Shown here: positions 39,082 to 52,200 of the stretch, piece by piece
Position numbering within the stretch: the stretch's first letter is position 1
Layout of the letters: each line of letters opens with the position of its first letter
Origin: Ministeria vibrans ATCC 50519
Lineage: Eukaryota; Protista; Filasterea
DNA length: 64,000 nt
Assembly (NCBI GenBank): GCA_943704425.1
Contig: CALSCP010000486.1
Span: 1 to 64,000 of the forward strand
Direction: 5' to 3'
Position numbers and translations under genes: made by a program
The notes under the pieces: generated by a model
Databases searched by the model: none
What the model saw: the letters and a program-made list of their open reading frames with translations, nothing else
What the model was told of the DNA's origin: nothing

Positions 39082-41649
39082 ATGCTCAGCCGTTGCTTGT
39101 CTGTGAGAACTCAGGTTCTCTCGGTGCGCCTTGCCGTGCGCTCTCTCAGTGGTGAGTTTTTGCACGAATCGCATTGGCCAAGTTCAATGCGTGTTGAGAA
39201 ATCACCTTGTCGCCAGCGCCCGCGTCGCTGGTCCCTCCCGCCTGCATCCATGTGTCCAATGCCACCTAGTTGTTGGTGACTGTTGGCATAGACGCACCGC
39301 CGTTGCCTGATACGCTGTCCTTGTCTGACTTTTGACGCGTTCGCGTGTTTCTCATGCCGGCCAATGAGCGAGCGAGTTTCCGGCGTGATCCGTCCAAGCC
39401 CGTCAGGCGTCGCTTTTTTTAGATGCCTGGCTCCCTTTGCTCTGTGCATCCTTCTATGTTTCTTGTGTGCGTCCGCGTCGACGAGGATCTGGCCGCTGCG
39501 CCACTCGCGCTCTCCTCTCTCTTGCTCTTGACGATTTTTTCCGCGAATTCTATTCAAAGTGTCTAATGTCGTTGCCCCCCCTCCCCTTCCCTCGCCCTCG
39601 CTCTCTCTCTCTATCACTTTGTTTCTTCCCTCGCGTGTACTCCATTGTCGATGACTCTGGATCGGTCGTCCCGCCGTCGCGTCGGTTTGTTTGTTGACTC
39701 CTTTCCATTCTGTTGTTCTCCTTAGCCATTCCTGCTCGTCCTTCCGACGTTGGGATTTCCGCCATGGAAGTGTACTTCCCTCGCAAGCGCGTCTCCCAGA
39801 CGGACTTGGAAACATTTGATGGGGTGTCGCCCGGAAAATACACTCTTGGTCTGGGCCAGACCAACATGGCGTATGCCACGGACCGCGAAGGTGAGAGAGA
39901 GGCTGACTCTGACAGCGAGGACGCGCACCTGACTGATACTCCGTGTGACACACAGACATCAACTCCATCTGCATGACTGCCGTGAAGCGTCTTTTGGAGC
40001 GTAACAACATCGACCCGCGTTCTATTGGACGTCTCGAGGTCGGCACAGAGACCATTGTGGACAAGAGCAAGAGTACGCCAAAGCCCCCTCCCAAACAGAG
40101 AAACACACCAAATAATAATGATATTGAATTGTTCTCTTTCAGGCGTCAAGTCTTTCCTGATGCCGCTCTTCCACGAGTCGGGCAACACTGACATTGAGGG
40201 CATTGACACGACCAATGCCTGCTACGGCGGAACTGCGGCTCTCTTCAACGCAGTCGACTGGCTCGAGAGGTACCGCTTTTGGTAATGAAAGCACCTTTTT
40301 TCATTCATTTGTGTTTATAGCTCGTCGTGGGACGGCCGCAATGCCATTGTGGTTGCAGCAGACATTGCCGTGTACGAAGAGGGCAATGCCCGCCCCACGG
40401 GTGGTGCTGCTGCCGTTGCCATGCTCGTTACACCCGACGCCGCCCTTGCCCTCGAGCCTGGTGTGCGCGGTACCGACCTTCTTCTTCTCTTTTGTTGTTG
40501 TTTTTGGTGCGTGTTGTGCTCATGGAGTGGTTTGTGTTTTAGCATCGCACATGGCGCATGTGTTTGACTTCTACAAGCCAGTGCTGGACAGCGAGTACCC
40601 ACTCGTCGACGGCAAGGCGTCCGTCGTCTGCTACCTTAACGCCCTCGACACCTGCTACAAACGTTTCCGCGAGAAGATCCTCGCTCGCCAAGGAATGTAA
40701 GTGTCACACCCGTTTGGGCTTGACTTGTGTGTGTGGTGCTGACAGAGCTGTGTCTTGCAGTGACTTTGACCTTGAGCAGGCTGACTATGCCATTTTCCAC
40801 TCACCGTACGCTAAGCTTGTCCAGAAATCGCTCGCTCGCGTTGTTTACAATGACTTTTTGAACCATCCGATGGCCGCCCGCTTCAACACGCCTGAGGTAC
40901 GAAGAAGACATCGAATCTTTTTTTTTGGAAGTCTTAGGGCAAAAGCTTCATTGTACAAGACAATCGAATATGCAGTCAGTAGTATTGACCCTGGTGTTTG
41001 TCTGTAGCTCAAGGACTCGCTTGCGCCGTTTGAGAAAATCCCACGCGAGGAGACATACGAGTCGCGCGAGGTCGAGAAGGCCTTCCTCAAGGCATCAGAC
41101 AGCACATACAAGACCAAGACTCTTCCAACGACGATGCTTCCCAAGGAGCTCGGAAACTCATACACTGCGTCGCTCTACACCGGACTTGCTTCGCTCCTCC
41201 TCAACGTAAGTACAGTTTTCTTTGTGCAGTGCTCTTCAATATTGTGCTCACATACACACACACACGCATATATATATATATATATATATATGTGTATATA
41301 TATATCGCTCGCTCTATAGGCGAACACAGAGAGTCTGGTGGACAAGCGAGTGCTCATGTTTAGCTATGGCTCGGGTCTCGCGGCGTCCATGTTCTCGGTG
41401 CGCGTGCGTCCCCGCGTCACCGAGCTCGTCCAAGCCATGGCGCAGGACACGCAGGAGCGCCTCGATACACGCGTCGGCGGCACTGCCCAGGAGTTCCACC
41501 AGGTCCTCAACATGCGCAAGGAGAGTCATGGCGTTGCGCCCTTCGAGCCCCTCGGCCCCATCAGCACCGAAACTGACCTGTTTCCCGGCACTTTCTACCT
41601 TGAGGGCATTGACGAGCGTCACCGCCGAAGATACGCTCGTGCCCTCTAG
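39082..41649 (+). CDS. HMGCS: HMG-CoA synthase with putative mitochondrial targeting peptide
   Basis: [36 protein letters not shown], catalytic [35 protein letters not shown]. Confidence 0.95.
40918..40965 (-). mobile_element. Short 5'-truncated copy of dispersed poly(A)-tailed repeat, in an HMGCS intron
   Basis: T9-ggaagtcttagggcaaaagcttcattgtacaagacaatc matches the start of the copy at 42463. Confidence 0.75.
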
Positions 41650-42462
41650 GCCGAGAGGGAAACCCTCAGTCCACCTCACACACACACTCATACACACTCA
41701 CTCACACAAACTTAATTCGTAATGAACAAACACTTATAGTCATTATAAAGCCCAATTTTAACAATTTCAAGTGAGTTTGGTGTCCCTATCGTGACACAGG
41801 ACAACAAAAGCTGTTTGTTTTTTACATTCACGTTAAACCTCTCGGTATTGAGTACAGCACTGTTCCCAACGACGAACGTACCATTCTGTGACAAATACTG
41901 ACCAACCCCCGACGCTTGGGACGACACATCGCTTTTGTAGAAAGTCCCTCGACCGAACCTCAACGACTTCTTCTCTTCGTACTATTTCTTAAAAAAAAAC
42001 TTTCATGAAGGTGACGACCTCTTCAAACCGCACGCCGTCGGGAGTTCTTTAGAGCCACATACGGGCTCCCATTTACCAAACATCTCGGAGCTTGAATGAA
42101 ATAACCCGAACTACTTGAGCGTCACGAAAATCCCCGAATCTACAAAATAAGCCGTTTATACAAAATATTTGGTACAAATTTTGCACTACATACTTTTTTG
42201 CAACGTATACATAATTTGAATTTTTCGCCCGATATCTACGGTCATTAAGTAGTAGTAACGAAGTATTCAATATCACGCGAAAATAGTATGTTAAACATTT
42301 ACATGACGTAATAAGACGCCTGAGCCTGTCCTTTTTGAGAGACACTCGAAAACTCACAAAGCACGTTTAGCTTTTAAGGTGTGTGAACAAAAAAAGGAGG
42401 AAGAGCGGAGAGGCAGGTGGATGGCCCTGAGACGACAGGGTGAGACGGTGAGGGGTGGAGGC

Positions 42463-42696
42463 TTTTTTTTTTGGAAGTCCTAGGGCAAACAAAAGCTTCA
42501 TTGTACAAGACAATCTAGCCATCCGCAGCGGCTGCTTCATCCCCGCATGGGCCGAAGCGGACATTCCGAGAGACTTGCATGCAAAGTCTGAGCGGTTTAC
42601 TTGCTGCTTTGCCATGCGGGGGTGAAGCAGCCGCTTCGGATGGCTAGATTGTCTTGTACAATGAAGCTTTTGCCCTAGGACTTCAAAAAAAAAAAA
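42463..42696. mobile_element. Palindromic element: two inverted copies of the dispersed repeat (SINE-like pair or MITE)
   Basis: 42463-42551 is the near-perfect reverse complement of 42612-42696; poly-T and poly-A at the outer ends. Confidence 0.8.
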
Positions 42697-43124
42697 CCNN
42701 NNNNNNNTGGGAAAAATAAAATAAAAACAAACACCAGGATCGGGCAGCAGCCTACTGACGCCGCTGCCACTCCCTGTAATGCTCATACGCCGCCTCCAGG
42801 CACTGTCTCGCAGCCGCTACTGTATCTTTTCGAGCGTAGGCTGGGATGCGACGTGTCATGGCCAACGACCAGCACCCAGACACCAAGAGTGCAGGGCGGG
42901 TTGGTCATCACACTCGGTTGGCTGTCCTCCTTGCCGCCCCACTGTTCGTCCAGATGTCCATAATTTATTGATTACTCGCCTCACAAGCATCGCTGATCGG
43001 TGATGGGCACCTTACTGAAACCTTACTGACCCGAAAAGGTGCTGAGTGCCGACATTCGACATTCGGCACTGCCGATCACCGGCCCGATTGGCTGCGCATC
43101 GACTGCTGACGACGAGTACTCACC

Positions 43125-43172
43125 CAATGAAGCTTTTGCCCTAGGCTAGGACTTAAAAAAAAAAAAAAAAAA
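43125..43172 (+). mobile_element. Short 3'-end copy of the dispersed repeat with poly(A)
   Basis: caatgaagcttttgccctaggctaggactt followed by an A-run. Confidence 0.7.
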
Positions 43173-43620
43173 TTCACTCAGGGGAAATTCGGTAATCTGT
43201 CGTTCATCTGTATTGAATTCAGAAATAAATTCAGTTTTTTTTTCTCTTTCACACTTTCTTTGGTCACCTAATAACGCCCGCTCTTCAAATCTCAAAGTAA
43301 GCAACATTAGGCTGGATTTTAATTTTTTTTTCGTCTATTCTTATCGTACCTCATGGAAATCTCGTGAGCATAATTTTCTTCAAAAAAACGCGGTAACGAG
43401 GGCGAATTTCTGTCTATTGTGTCACACTGGGATTATGTGGATCATGCGCGGCCGTTTGCAGGTGCTGGCGAATGCTGGCGAGTCCCCGGTACCCCTTTTC
43501 CCCCTTTTTTGAAAAATGTGTTATCGATCATGAAAAAAATCATTCTCATCAGCAAAGCCATAGCCAATTCGCCAATTCGCGAACACCTCCCACCGCTTCC
43601 AACCCCAGCATCACGGCTCT

Positions 43621-43763
43621 ACATGCAAGTCTCTTGGATTGTCCGCTTCGGCTCCTGCAAGGGTGAAGCAGCCGCTTCGGATGGTTAGATTGTCCTTGTG
43701 GGGACAAGGAACAATTAAGCTTTTGCCCGAATTTTGCCCTTGTAGCTACGAACAAAAAAAAAA
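43621..43763 (+). mobile_element. Diverged copy of the dispersed repeat with poly(A)
   Basis: catgcaagtctcttggattgtccgcttcggc..ggtgaagcagccgcttcggatggttagattgtc..aagcttttgccc..A-run; reverse complement of 42470-42581. Confidence 0.75.
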
Positions 43764-43889
43764 TACCAGCGTCATACAGTCACACACACAACCCCAGACA
43801 TCTATACACTGGAGGCACATAGGCTCCCCAGCCAGAACCCCCCCCCCCCCCCCCACTGGTCACACCACACGATAAAAGGACGAATTGTT

Positions 43890-43925
<36 letters not shown>

Positions 43926-44019
43926 GAAATAGAGGATAGTCAATAGAGGACTGTACTATCAACTATGATGATAATTATTATTATAATAATCTAAAAATTC
44001 TGTTTCTTTTAGTAAAACA

Positions 44020-44504
44020 ATGAAGACTTCTCAACTTGTCCTGCTCGCCATGCTGGGAGTGTTTGCCGTTGCACGAGGCGGTTTCACTCGTTGTCGGGCG
44101 GAGTATGTGTGCACTGGAGCTGCAGTCAATGTGGATGGAATCACCAACACTGCTGCAAAGCAAGAAATTGGCGCTTGCAAGAACGTACGTATACTTTCAT
44201 TGAACTTTCATTTAGGGAAGTAGCAAAACCCCTCATCACTCTCTCTTTGTTGTAGCTCGCGTCTAATGTGTATTACTGTCGTCTTGACACGATTCTCCTG
44301 TCCACGGGGATCCCGGCTTACCTATACATCGATGAAACGTCGACCACCGACTCAATTGTGGTGACAGGCACGGGGAATGTCGGGGGCTCGTGCATCTTCA
44401 AGCAAGACGGCACTTCAGGAACTTCCATGAATGTTGGAGATAGCCACACGGTGGGGGCGGCCACGTGCACCATCATCTCCGCCAAGTCCACGATCGTCAT
44501 CTGA
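44020..44504 (+). CDS. Small secreted six-Cys protein of unknown function (2 exons, ~137 aa)
   Basis: Signal peptide MKTSQLVLLAMLGVFAVARG; phase-0 intron 44185-44255 (gtacgt..tgtag) joins in frame to ORF 44268-44504. Confidence 0.75.
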
Positions 44505-44976
44505 TTTCCTAAAATTGCTCAATTAACAATCAATCAGTACAAATATCCGTCCAATCTCTGTCTTGGCTTGACGACCTAAGTAGGAGGGAGAGTAATCTGC
44601 GCTTTGCGGGAAAGAGCCCTCGGCCCATGGCGCCACACCACTCACGGTTGCACGGTTTGACCATAAGGCGAAACGGTTGACGGGCGTCAACCAACCAGAG
44701 TGGCGTGAGCATTTTACCGAGCAAGCAACTAATGTCGTGCTGCGCTTTAGGGGCATTGTTCCGGGCATTCATTGTCGCGGACAAAGAGAAACGCGTCTCC
44801 GACGAACTGGTGGTAGTCGACTACCTAGTACCTAGTTGTCGGCACAGAACTTGCCTGTCTTGCTGCCAAGGATGATGAGCACATAATTGTCGAAGTAAGA
44901 TGAGACAGTGACTGACCAAGTACCTACTAAAATGGGAATGTTTCATTACTGGAAACTTATATTTATTCCTTTTAAC

Positions 44977-45176
44977 ATGCCCCCTACCCCACCCTCTGCA
45001 AGGGCAAGGGGCAAGCACTGGCTCGCCGTCATCTTGACACTGGCTCTGATCGCACGTACGCCCAATACCCTTTCCGCCCTCGCGCCCACCCCACACGCCC
45101 CCGACCAACGTCCACCTCCCTCCAGCGACCGCATCAGTGTTTGACTCACGTGTGTTATAGCCAGCGTCGCTCACAA

Positions 45177-45212
<36 letters not shown>

Positions 45213-48200
45213 AACACTCGCTCAGTCTCATAACCATGATTTTTTTTTTTTTTTTTTTAAAAACGTCCTCTTTCTTCTCACTGAGCCCTCCACCCGTCCT
45301 ATGCCCAACGCCAGGCACTCGCCGTCGGCACTGCAAGCGCCCCGTCGCATAGCCGACACAGCCCTGGCCCAGATGCGCCGTTCCGCTGCACATCTGCGCA
45401 CTTATCGTCTCCCAACACAACCTCGCTTGTCAAGTTGGACAAAAAAAAAACCCATCGTCATGCACATTGTCAAACCTGGCTGCGTGCGCCCCAACACACA
45501 GCGTTGGTCGTGTTCGTTCAGCTGACACGAGCAACTGCGTAGACGGAGCCAAGGCGAAGACGGCGCGAGCGGTGTTCGTTCACAACGGCATCTCCGGCTC
45601 CATCGTCTTCAGCCAGGACTCTGCCTTCTTCTCCACCCACGTCCAAGTGGACCTGGCTGGCCTCCAGCAAACCCCCAATGGCTGGCACATCCACAAATTC
45701 CCCGTGGACGACGCCGGCTCGTGCCAGAGTTCCTCGACTGGCGCCCACTTCGATCCGACTGCCGCTGGGCCCTCCGGAACGTCCGCCTACAACTCCGTCT
45801 GCTTCCCTTCTGCCGGCGCATCGCGTTTCACTGCATGCGAAGTAAGATCCAATCTATCATCGCACAAACATCATTAACTTTTTTTCGTTTCCTTTGTGTG
45901 TGCGTGTGTGTCTGTCTCATCAGGTTGGTGACATGTCAGGCAAATGGGGCGCATTCAACAGCTCGAGCGTGACAGAGTCCTTCGACGACGGCACCGTCGA
46001 ACTGTTTGGGCGCACCTCCATTGTGGGACGTTCAGTTGTGTTGCACGCCTCGGACGGTACTCGGTATGGGTGTGCCACCATCACGACAGACACACCCGTG
46101 ACACAGGCACGCGCGTCGTTTGCCCACAACGGTCTCACCGGTACGGCCACGTTCACACAGGCATCGGGTATCGACGACGACACGGGAATTCTAGTCGACA
46201 TCGACAGCACAAGTGCTGGCAGCAACCACAACTGGGCCATCCATGAGTTTGGCACGACCGACTCGGGCTTTGGGTCGCCCTCGTGTTCCCTGGTGGGCGA
46301 CGTGTACAATCCAGCAAACGTGTCGACCGCCTCACAGATTGCCTACGTGGGCAACTGTGGACCCTCCATTCCAAATCCCACCGGCTGTCGCGTCGGCGAT
46401 CTCTTCAGTCGCTTCGGGCGTCTGTCTCTCCCTGCCACGGGCGCCTCCAAGTACTTCTTCACCAACACAGACTTGCCGCTGGGCAATGCTTCAGACTCTG
46501 TCGTCTCGCGCGCCCTCCAAATATCCACCGCTCAGGCGTCGCCCGAGTTCACTGCACCCGCTCTTGCCTGTGCCGACGTGGCGCTCGTTGCTCCGCGTGC
46601 CGTCACCGCCGTCTTCTCTAGCGAGCACGCCACAGGCACGATCACCTTCTCGCAACAATCACCCGGTGCTCCTACCTTTGTCACCGCCTCCCTTTGGGGT
46701 CTTGCCGACGCACCCGTCAATTGGCACGTCCATGTGTTCCCTACCGATGCCACCGCGTCGTGTGCCAGCTCGAGTGTCGGCGGTCACTTCAACCCGTTTG
46801 GCGTTGACTCGGCAAACGCCTCGGCGTATTCGGCCGTCTGCTCGTCGACCGCGTCCGGTCGTTTTGCTCATTGCGAAGTTGGCGATCTCTCGGGCAAGCA
46901 CGGCCCGCTCGCCAACGGAGTCACACTCTCCGTCGTCGACTACAATCTACCTCTCTTTGGCGCCAACAGCGTTGTAGGACGCTCCATTGTGCTGCACGCC
47001 GCGTCCGACGGTGCTCGCTTTGCCTGTGCCACCATTGACGTGGGCCTTCCCGTCAAGACGGTTGTCGCACAGTTTCAGCCGGGCGGCCCCGTCTCAGGCA
47101 CCGTCACATTCAAGCAGATTGCAAACGACCCTTCCGCCGAGACCCAAGTGCTCGTCGACTTGGAAGCCACGGGTGCCGCGTCCGTCGCCCACAAGTGGCA
47201 TGTGCACGTGAATCCCATTGGTGACGATGCAAACTCGCCGTCGTCTCCGTGCGACTCGGCCGGCGGCCACTACGATCCATTCATGGTGGGACCCACGTTT
47301 AATGCAAACTATGCCACGGACTGTTCGCCGTCGACTCCGANNNNNNNNNNNNNNNNNNNNNNNNNNNNNNNNNNNNNNNNNNNNNNNNNNNNNNNNNNNN
47401 NNNNNNNNNNNNNNNNNNNNNNNNNNNNNNNNNNNNNNNAAACTCGCCGTCGTCTCCGTGCGACTCGGCCGGCGGCCACTACGATCCATTCATGGTGGGA
47501 CCCACGTTTAATGCAAACTATGCCACGGACTGTTCGCCGTCGACTCCGACCGCCTGCGAACTGGGCGACTCGTCAGGCAAACACGGAACTATCGACTTGC
47601 CCGGCAAATACTTCTACACCGACACACAATTGCCGCTGTCGGGCGTCAACTCGGTCGACGGTCGCTCCGTTGTGTTGCACGTCGCCAACAACGGAGCACC
47701 GCGCTTTGCCTGCGCCTCCCTTGCCGCCGCCGTACCCCGCACCCTTGTCGCGGTCTTCTCAGAGAATGGCGCTGCCGGCTCCATCACCTTTTCACAGCTT
47801 CACGCCAATGCCCCGACTGTTGTGACAAGCACCGTCAGTGGCCTTGCCAGCGCTGATGGTCCCACCTATCCCTGGCACGTGCACAACTTTCCCGTGCTCA
47901 CCGGTTCATGTGCGGCCGACGCCGTGGGCGGTCACTTTGATCCGCTGCAGGTGAACCACACCGACTACGCGACCGTGTGCACCCCTACGTCGCCGCGTCG
48001 CTTTGGCGCGTGCGAACTTGGCGATCTTTCCGGCAAACTGGGCGGACTTGCAAGTGGCACATCGGCTACCTGGATCGACTACAACCTGCCGCTGTTTGGC
48101 ACCCACTCCATCATGGGCCGCTCGGTGGTGCTTCATAGCGGCGCCACCAACGCGCGCATTGCATGCGCCTCCGTTGGTTACCCACAGGGTGCCGGCATGC

Positions 48201-49067
48201 TTACCACGGTTCGTGCAGTCTTTGAGGCACCATCGGCCGTCACGGGCTCTATCACAATGCGTCAGCTCTCGGACGACACCTCCTCCGAGACTACCATTCT
48301 CATCGACCTGAGCTTCACTTCGACCGGCACCACGCCCACCTCGGGTCACAAGTGGCATGTTCACGTCGAACCCACCGGCAACGACGGTGCTGCTTCGGTC
48401 GTCGACGCCTCTCGATGTCTCTCCACCGGCGCCCACTACAATCCATCGGGTGCCAACACAGCGGCCGCCAACTACTCGAGCGCTTGCCAGGCGTCCGTCG
48501 ACAATTGTGAACTCGGCGATTTGTCGACGCGACACGGGACGGTTATTTTGCCAGCGGCCCTTGCCACCAAGGCCATGTACACCGACACCCGCTTGCCCTT
48601 GGGTGGCCCCGAATCCGTTGCCAACCGCTCCATTGTCATTCATGTTGCTAACGAGGGCGGCCCTCGACTTGCCTGTGCAACTCTCAACGTTGTCGCTCGT
48701 CGCACTACCACCGCCATCTTTGCCATGTCGGGTGTCACGGGAGCGCTCACCTTTGAACAGGGCATGCTCAATGATCCCACCTTTGTCACAGCCGACCTCT
48801 TTGGTCTTGCGGGCCTGCCCAACAAATGGCACGTTCACTCTTTGCCCCTTGTCGCCTCAGACGGGCCTGACCAGTGCGCCGCCTCCCTTGTCGGCGGCCA
48901 CTTTGACCCTTTTGCCGTCGGATCCGCCACGGACTACGCCACCAACTGCCAACCATCGTCGTCGTCGCGCTTTGAAGCATGCGAGGTAATAATAGTACAT
49001 GACTGCTATCTATAGTAATAATAATAATTATTATAATTATAACCATAATAATAATGGTTGTGATTTT

Positions 49068-49112
<45 letters not shown>

Positions 49113-49232
49113 GTAATAATAATAGTAATAATAATAGTAATAATAATAATAATAATAATAACAATAATAAAACAATAAAATAATTTATATTAATAATCAT
49201 AATTTATTTTATTTATTTATTAATTATTAATA

Positions 49233-49272
<40 letters not shown>

Positions 49273-52200
49273 TTTTTATTTTAATGATTGTGAAATAGAA
49301 TTTAGACAGGAGGTTTCAAATTTTTTATTCTTGTTTCTTTTTTTTTAGGTTGGTGACTTGTCGGGAAAACACGGAGCATTCACGGCGAGCAACACATCAG
49401 GAAGCAGCTGGATTGACTACAATCTGCCGCTGTTTGGCGCCAACAGTATTGTGGGGCGCTCGATTGTGCTGCATGACAGTACAGGGGCACGCGTGGCATG
49501 TGCGACCCTCCGCCCAGATGGACGTCTCAAGACGGTGCGCGCTGTGTTTGTCGACACGTTTGCTACGGGCACAGTGACGCTGCGTCAGCTTGCAGACGAC
49601 CCCACTGCCGAGACCCAGGTGCTTGTAGATCTTGCGCCCCTCACGGGTGTCGCTGCCTCATTTGCTCACAAGTGGCATGTGCACGTGTTTCCCGTGGGCA
49701 ACGATGCCAACTCGCCGTCGTCTCCGTGCGACTCGGCCGGCGGCCACTACGATCCATTCATGGTGGGACCCACGTTTAATGCAAACTATGCCACGGACTG
49801 TTCGCCGTCGACTCCGACCGCCTGCGAACTGGGCGACTCGTCAGGCAAACACGGAACTATCGACTTGCCCGGCAAATACTTCTACACCGACACACAATTG
49901 CCGCTGTCGGGCGTCAACTCGGTCGACGGTCGCTCCGTTGTGTTGCACGTCGCCAACAACGGAGCACCGCGCTTTGCCTGCGCCTCCCTTGCCGCCGCCG
50001 TACCCCGCACGGTCACGGTCACGTTCACGTCGAACGACATCAACGGTGACATGGTGTTCTCTCAGGTGGACGCGGCGTCACCCACGTACATCACGAGTGA
50101 CCTGTCGGGCGCGGGACTTGTGGACTCACCTAATCCCTGGCATGTTCACTCGTTTCCTGCGGTGCAGTCACCTCTCTCGCCCGACTGCTCCGCCTCGTCG
50201 GTGGGCGGCCACTACGATCCCTTCCAGGTCGATCACACGGAGTATGCCAGTGTGTGCACTTCCGTTGGGGACTCACCGCGTCGCTTTGGTGCGTGCGAAC
50301 TAGGCGATCTTTCTGGCAAGCACGGAGCACTCACGCCAGGTGTGGCCGCCGCCTGGACCGACTACAACCTGCCGTTGTTCGGACGCTTTTCCATTCTGGG
50401 CCGATCCATTGTGGTTCACTCGGGCGCGTCTGCTAGCCCGCGCATTGGCTGTGCCAACATTGGCTACGAGCGGTCGGTGATCACCTCGCGTGTCTCGTTT
50501 GCAGGCTCTACCTCGGCACTCTCGGGAACCATCACGTTCCGTCAGGTTGCCGACGATCCCAGCGAAGAGACGACCGTTTTTGTGGACCTTGATCGCGCTG
50601 ACGGCGTAGCCTCGTCGACGGGCCACAAGTGGCATGTGCACACCAACGCCGTGTCGGGCAACGACGGTGACCCGGCGACCACTCTTCTGGTCGACCGGTG
50701 CGCCTCCGCCGGCGGTCACTTCAACCCGCTTGTATCCACGTCCGTTGGCTGCTCACCGGGAACTCCGCTTCTCTGCGAGGTTGGCGATCTCAGTGGCAAG
50801 TCGGCACAGCTCACGTTACCCGCCACTGGCTCAGCGAAATTCTTTTACACGGACGTCCAGCTGCCGCTCAGTGGTGCCAACTCGATTTTGGGACGTTCCG
50901 TCGTGATTCACGATCAAGACGCCTCGGGTTTGCGCCTTGCCTGTGGCAACGTGATTCGTCTCACGACGCGAACACTGACCAGCACCTTTTGGGCTGGTGG
51001 AGTGTCGGGCACGATTGAGTTTGCACAGACACTCGCGTCGGACCCGACTCTCATCACTACCAATATTTTGGGTCTGCCGAGTGCCTCGGGACACAACTGG
51101 CACATTCACAACTTTCCCACGGCCGACACGAACACGTACCCGAGCGAGACGGGCGAGGGCTGCGACGCAGCCGTCACTGGCGGCCACTACGATCCCACGG
51201 GTGTTTCGGGCTCGGCGAACTACGCCACCGAGTGCAGCGTGTCGGCTGCGACGCGATTTCAGTCGTGCGAAGTGGGCGATCTCAGTGGCAAACATGGAGT
51301 GCTCACTAACGGCGTCGCCACCTATTCCGATCCAACCATCACTCTGTTTGGACGCACCGCTATTATGGGTCGCTCGGTGGTGGTGCACTCAAGCACGGCA
51401 CGCATCGCATGCGCCTCCATTGGCTTTCCCAACGGCGCCGCGGTACTCACGGCAGTCGCTCATTTGTATGGGGACACCCGCGGACGCATTGTGATGCGCC
51501 AGCTGGCCGATGATCCCACAAGCGAGACGTCTGTTCTCGTAGACATGGCCTGGCACAATGGTTCGACCACGGCCACTGTCGGTCACAAGTGGCACGTGCA
51601 CGAAGACCCCATTGCGGGAGATTCACTTGCCACCACAGACCGCTGTGGGAGTGCCGGCGGTCACTACGATCCTCTGGATGCCAGCTCGAGTCCCGCCTAT
51701 GCGACGGTGTGCACTCCCGAGACACCCACCGCCTGCGAGATTGGCGATCTCTCAGGCAAGTCGGCACCACTCTCGTTTGGAGCGCCCCTCTCGACACGCA
51801 CGCTCTACACCGACGTGAATCTGCCGCTCTCAGGCGACACCAGCGTCATGGGCCGCTCCGTGGTGATCCACGCGGCAGCGCTCAGTGGCACACGCCTCGA
51901 CTGCGCTACGCTTGAGCAATGGAAGGTGCGCACGAGCACCGCCACGTTTGATGTGGACGCCACAGTCGAGGGTACGGTCACTCTGTCGCAGGGTGTGCCA
52001 TGGGAACCAACATCGGTGCGCGCCGCTTTTTCGGTGCTGACAGGCTCGCCCAATCCCTGGCATGTTCATGTTGGCCCCGTGCGCGAGACGGACGTGTGCA
52101 CAGCAACCGCCATTGGGGGTCACTACGATCCGTATACGGTGTCGACGGTGTCGTATGCGGCGCGCTGTCAGCCCTCATCGGCGACGCGTTTTGACGCGTG

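Noticed and set aside
39111-40215. 331-aa and 221-aa minus-strand ORFs
   Set aside because: Antisense to HMG-CoA synthase exons and intron; no independent coding signal.
41712-42357. Short AT-rich minus-strand ORFs, possible transposon remnant
   Set aside because: No transposase or reverse-transcriptase motif recognised.
43005-43070. Hammerhead ribozyme
   Set aside because: Three stems are present but the CUGANGA and GAAA core elements are not correctly placed.
45894-49015. Apparent frameshift splitting the SOD-repeat gene into separate genes or a pseudogene
   Set aside because: The frame change coincides with the arbitrary-length N-gap; the other breaks are canonical introns at the same CE|VGD position.
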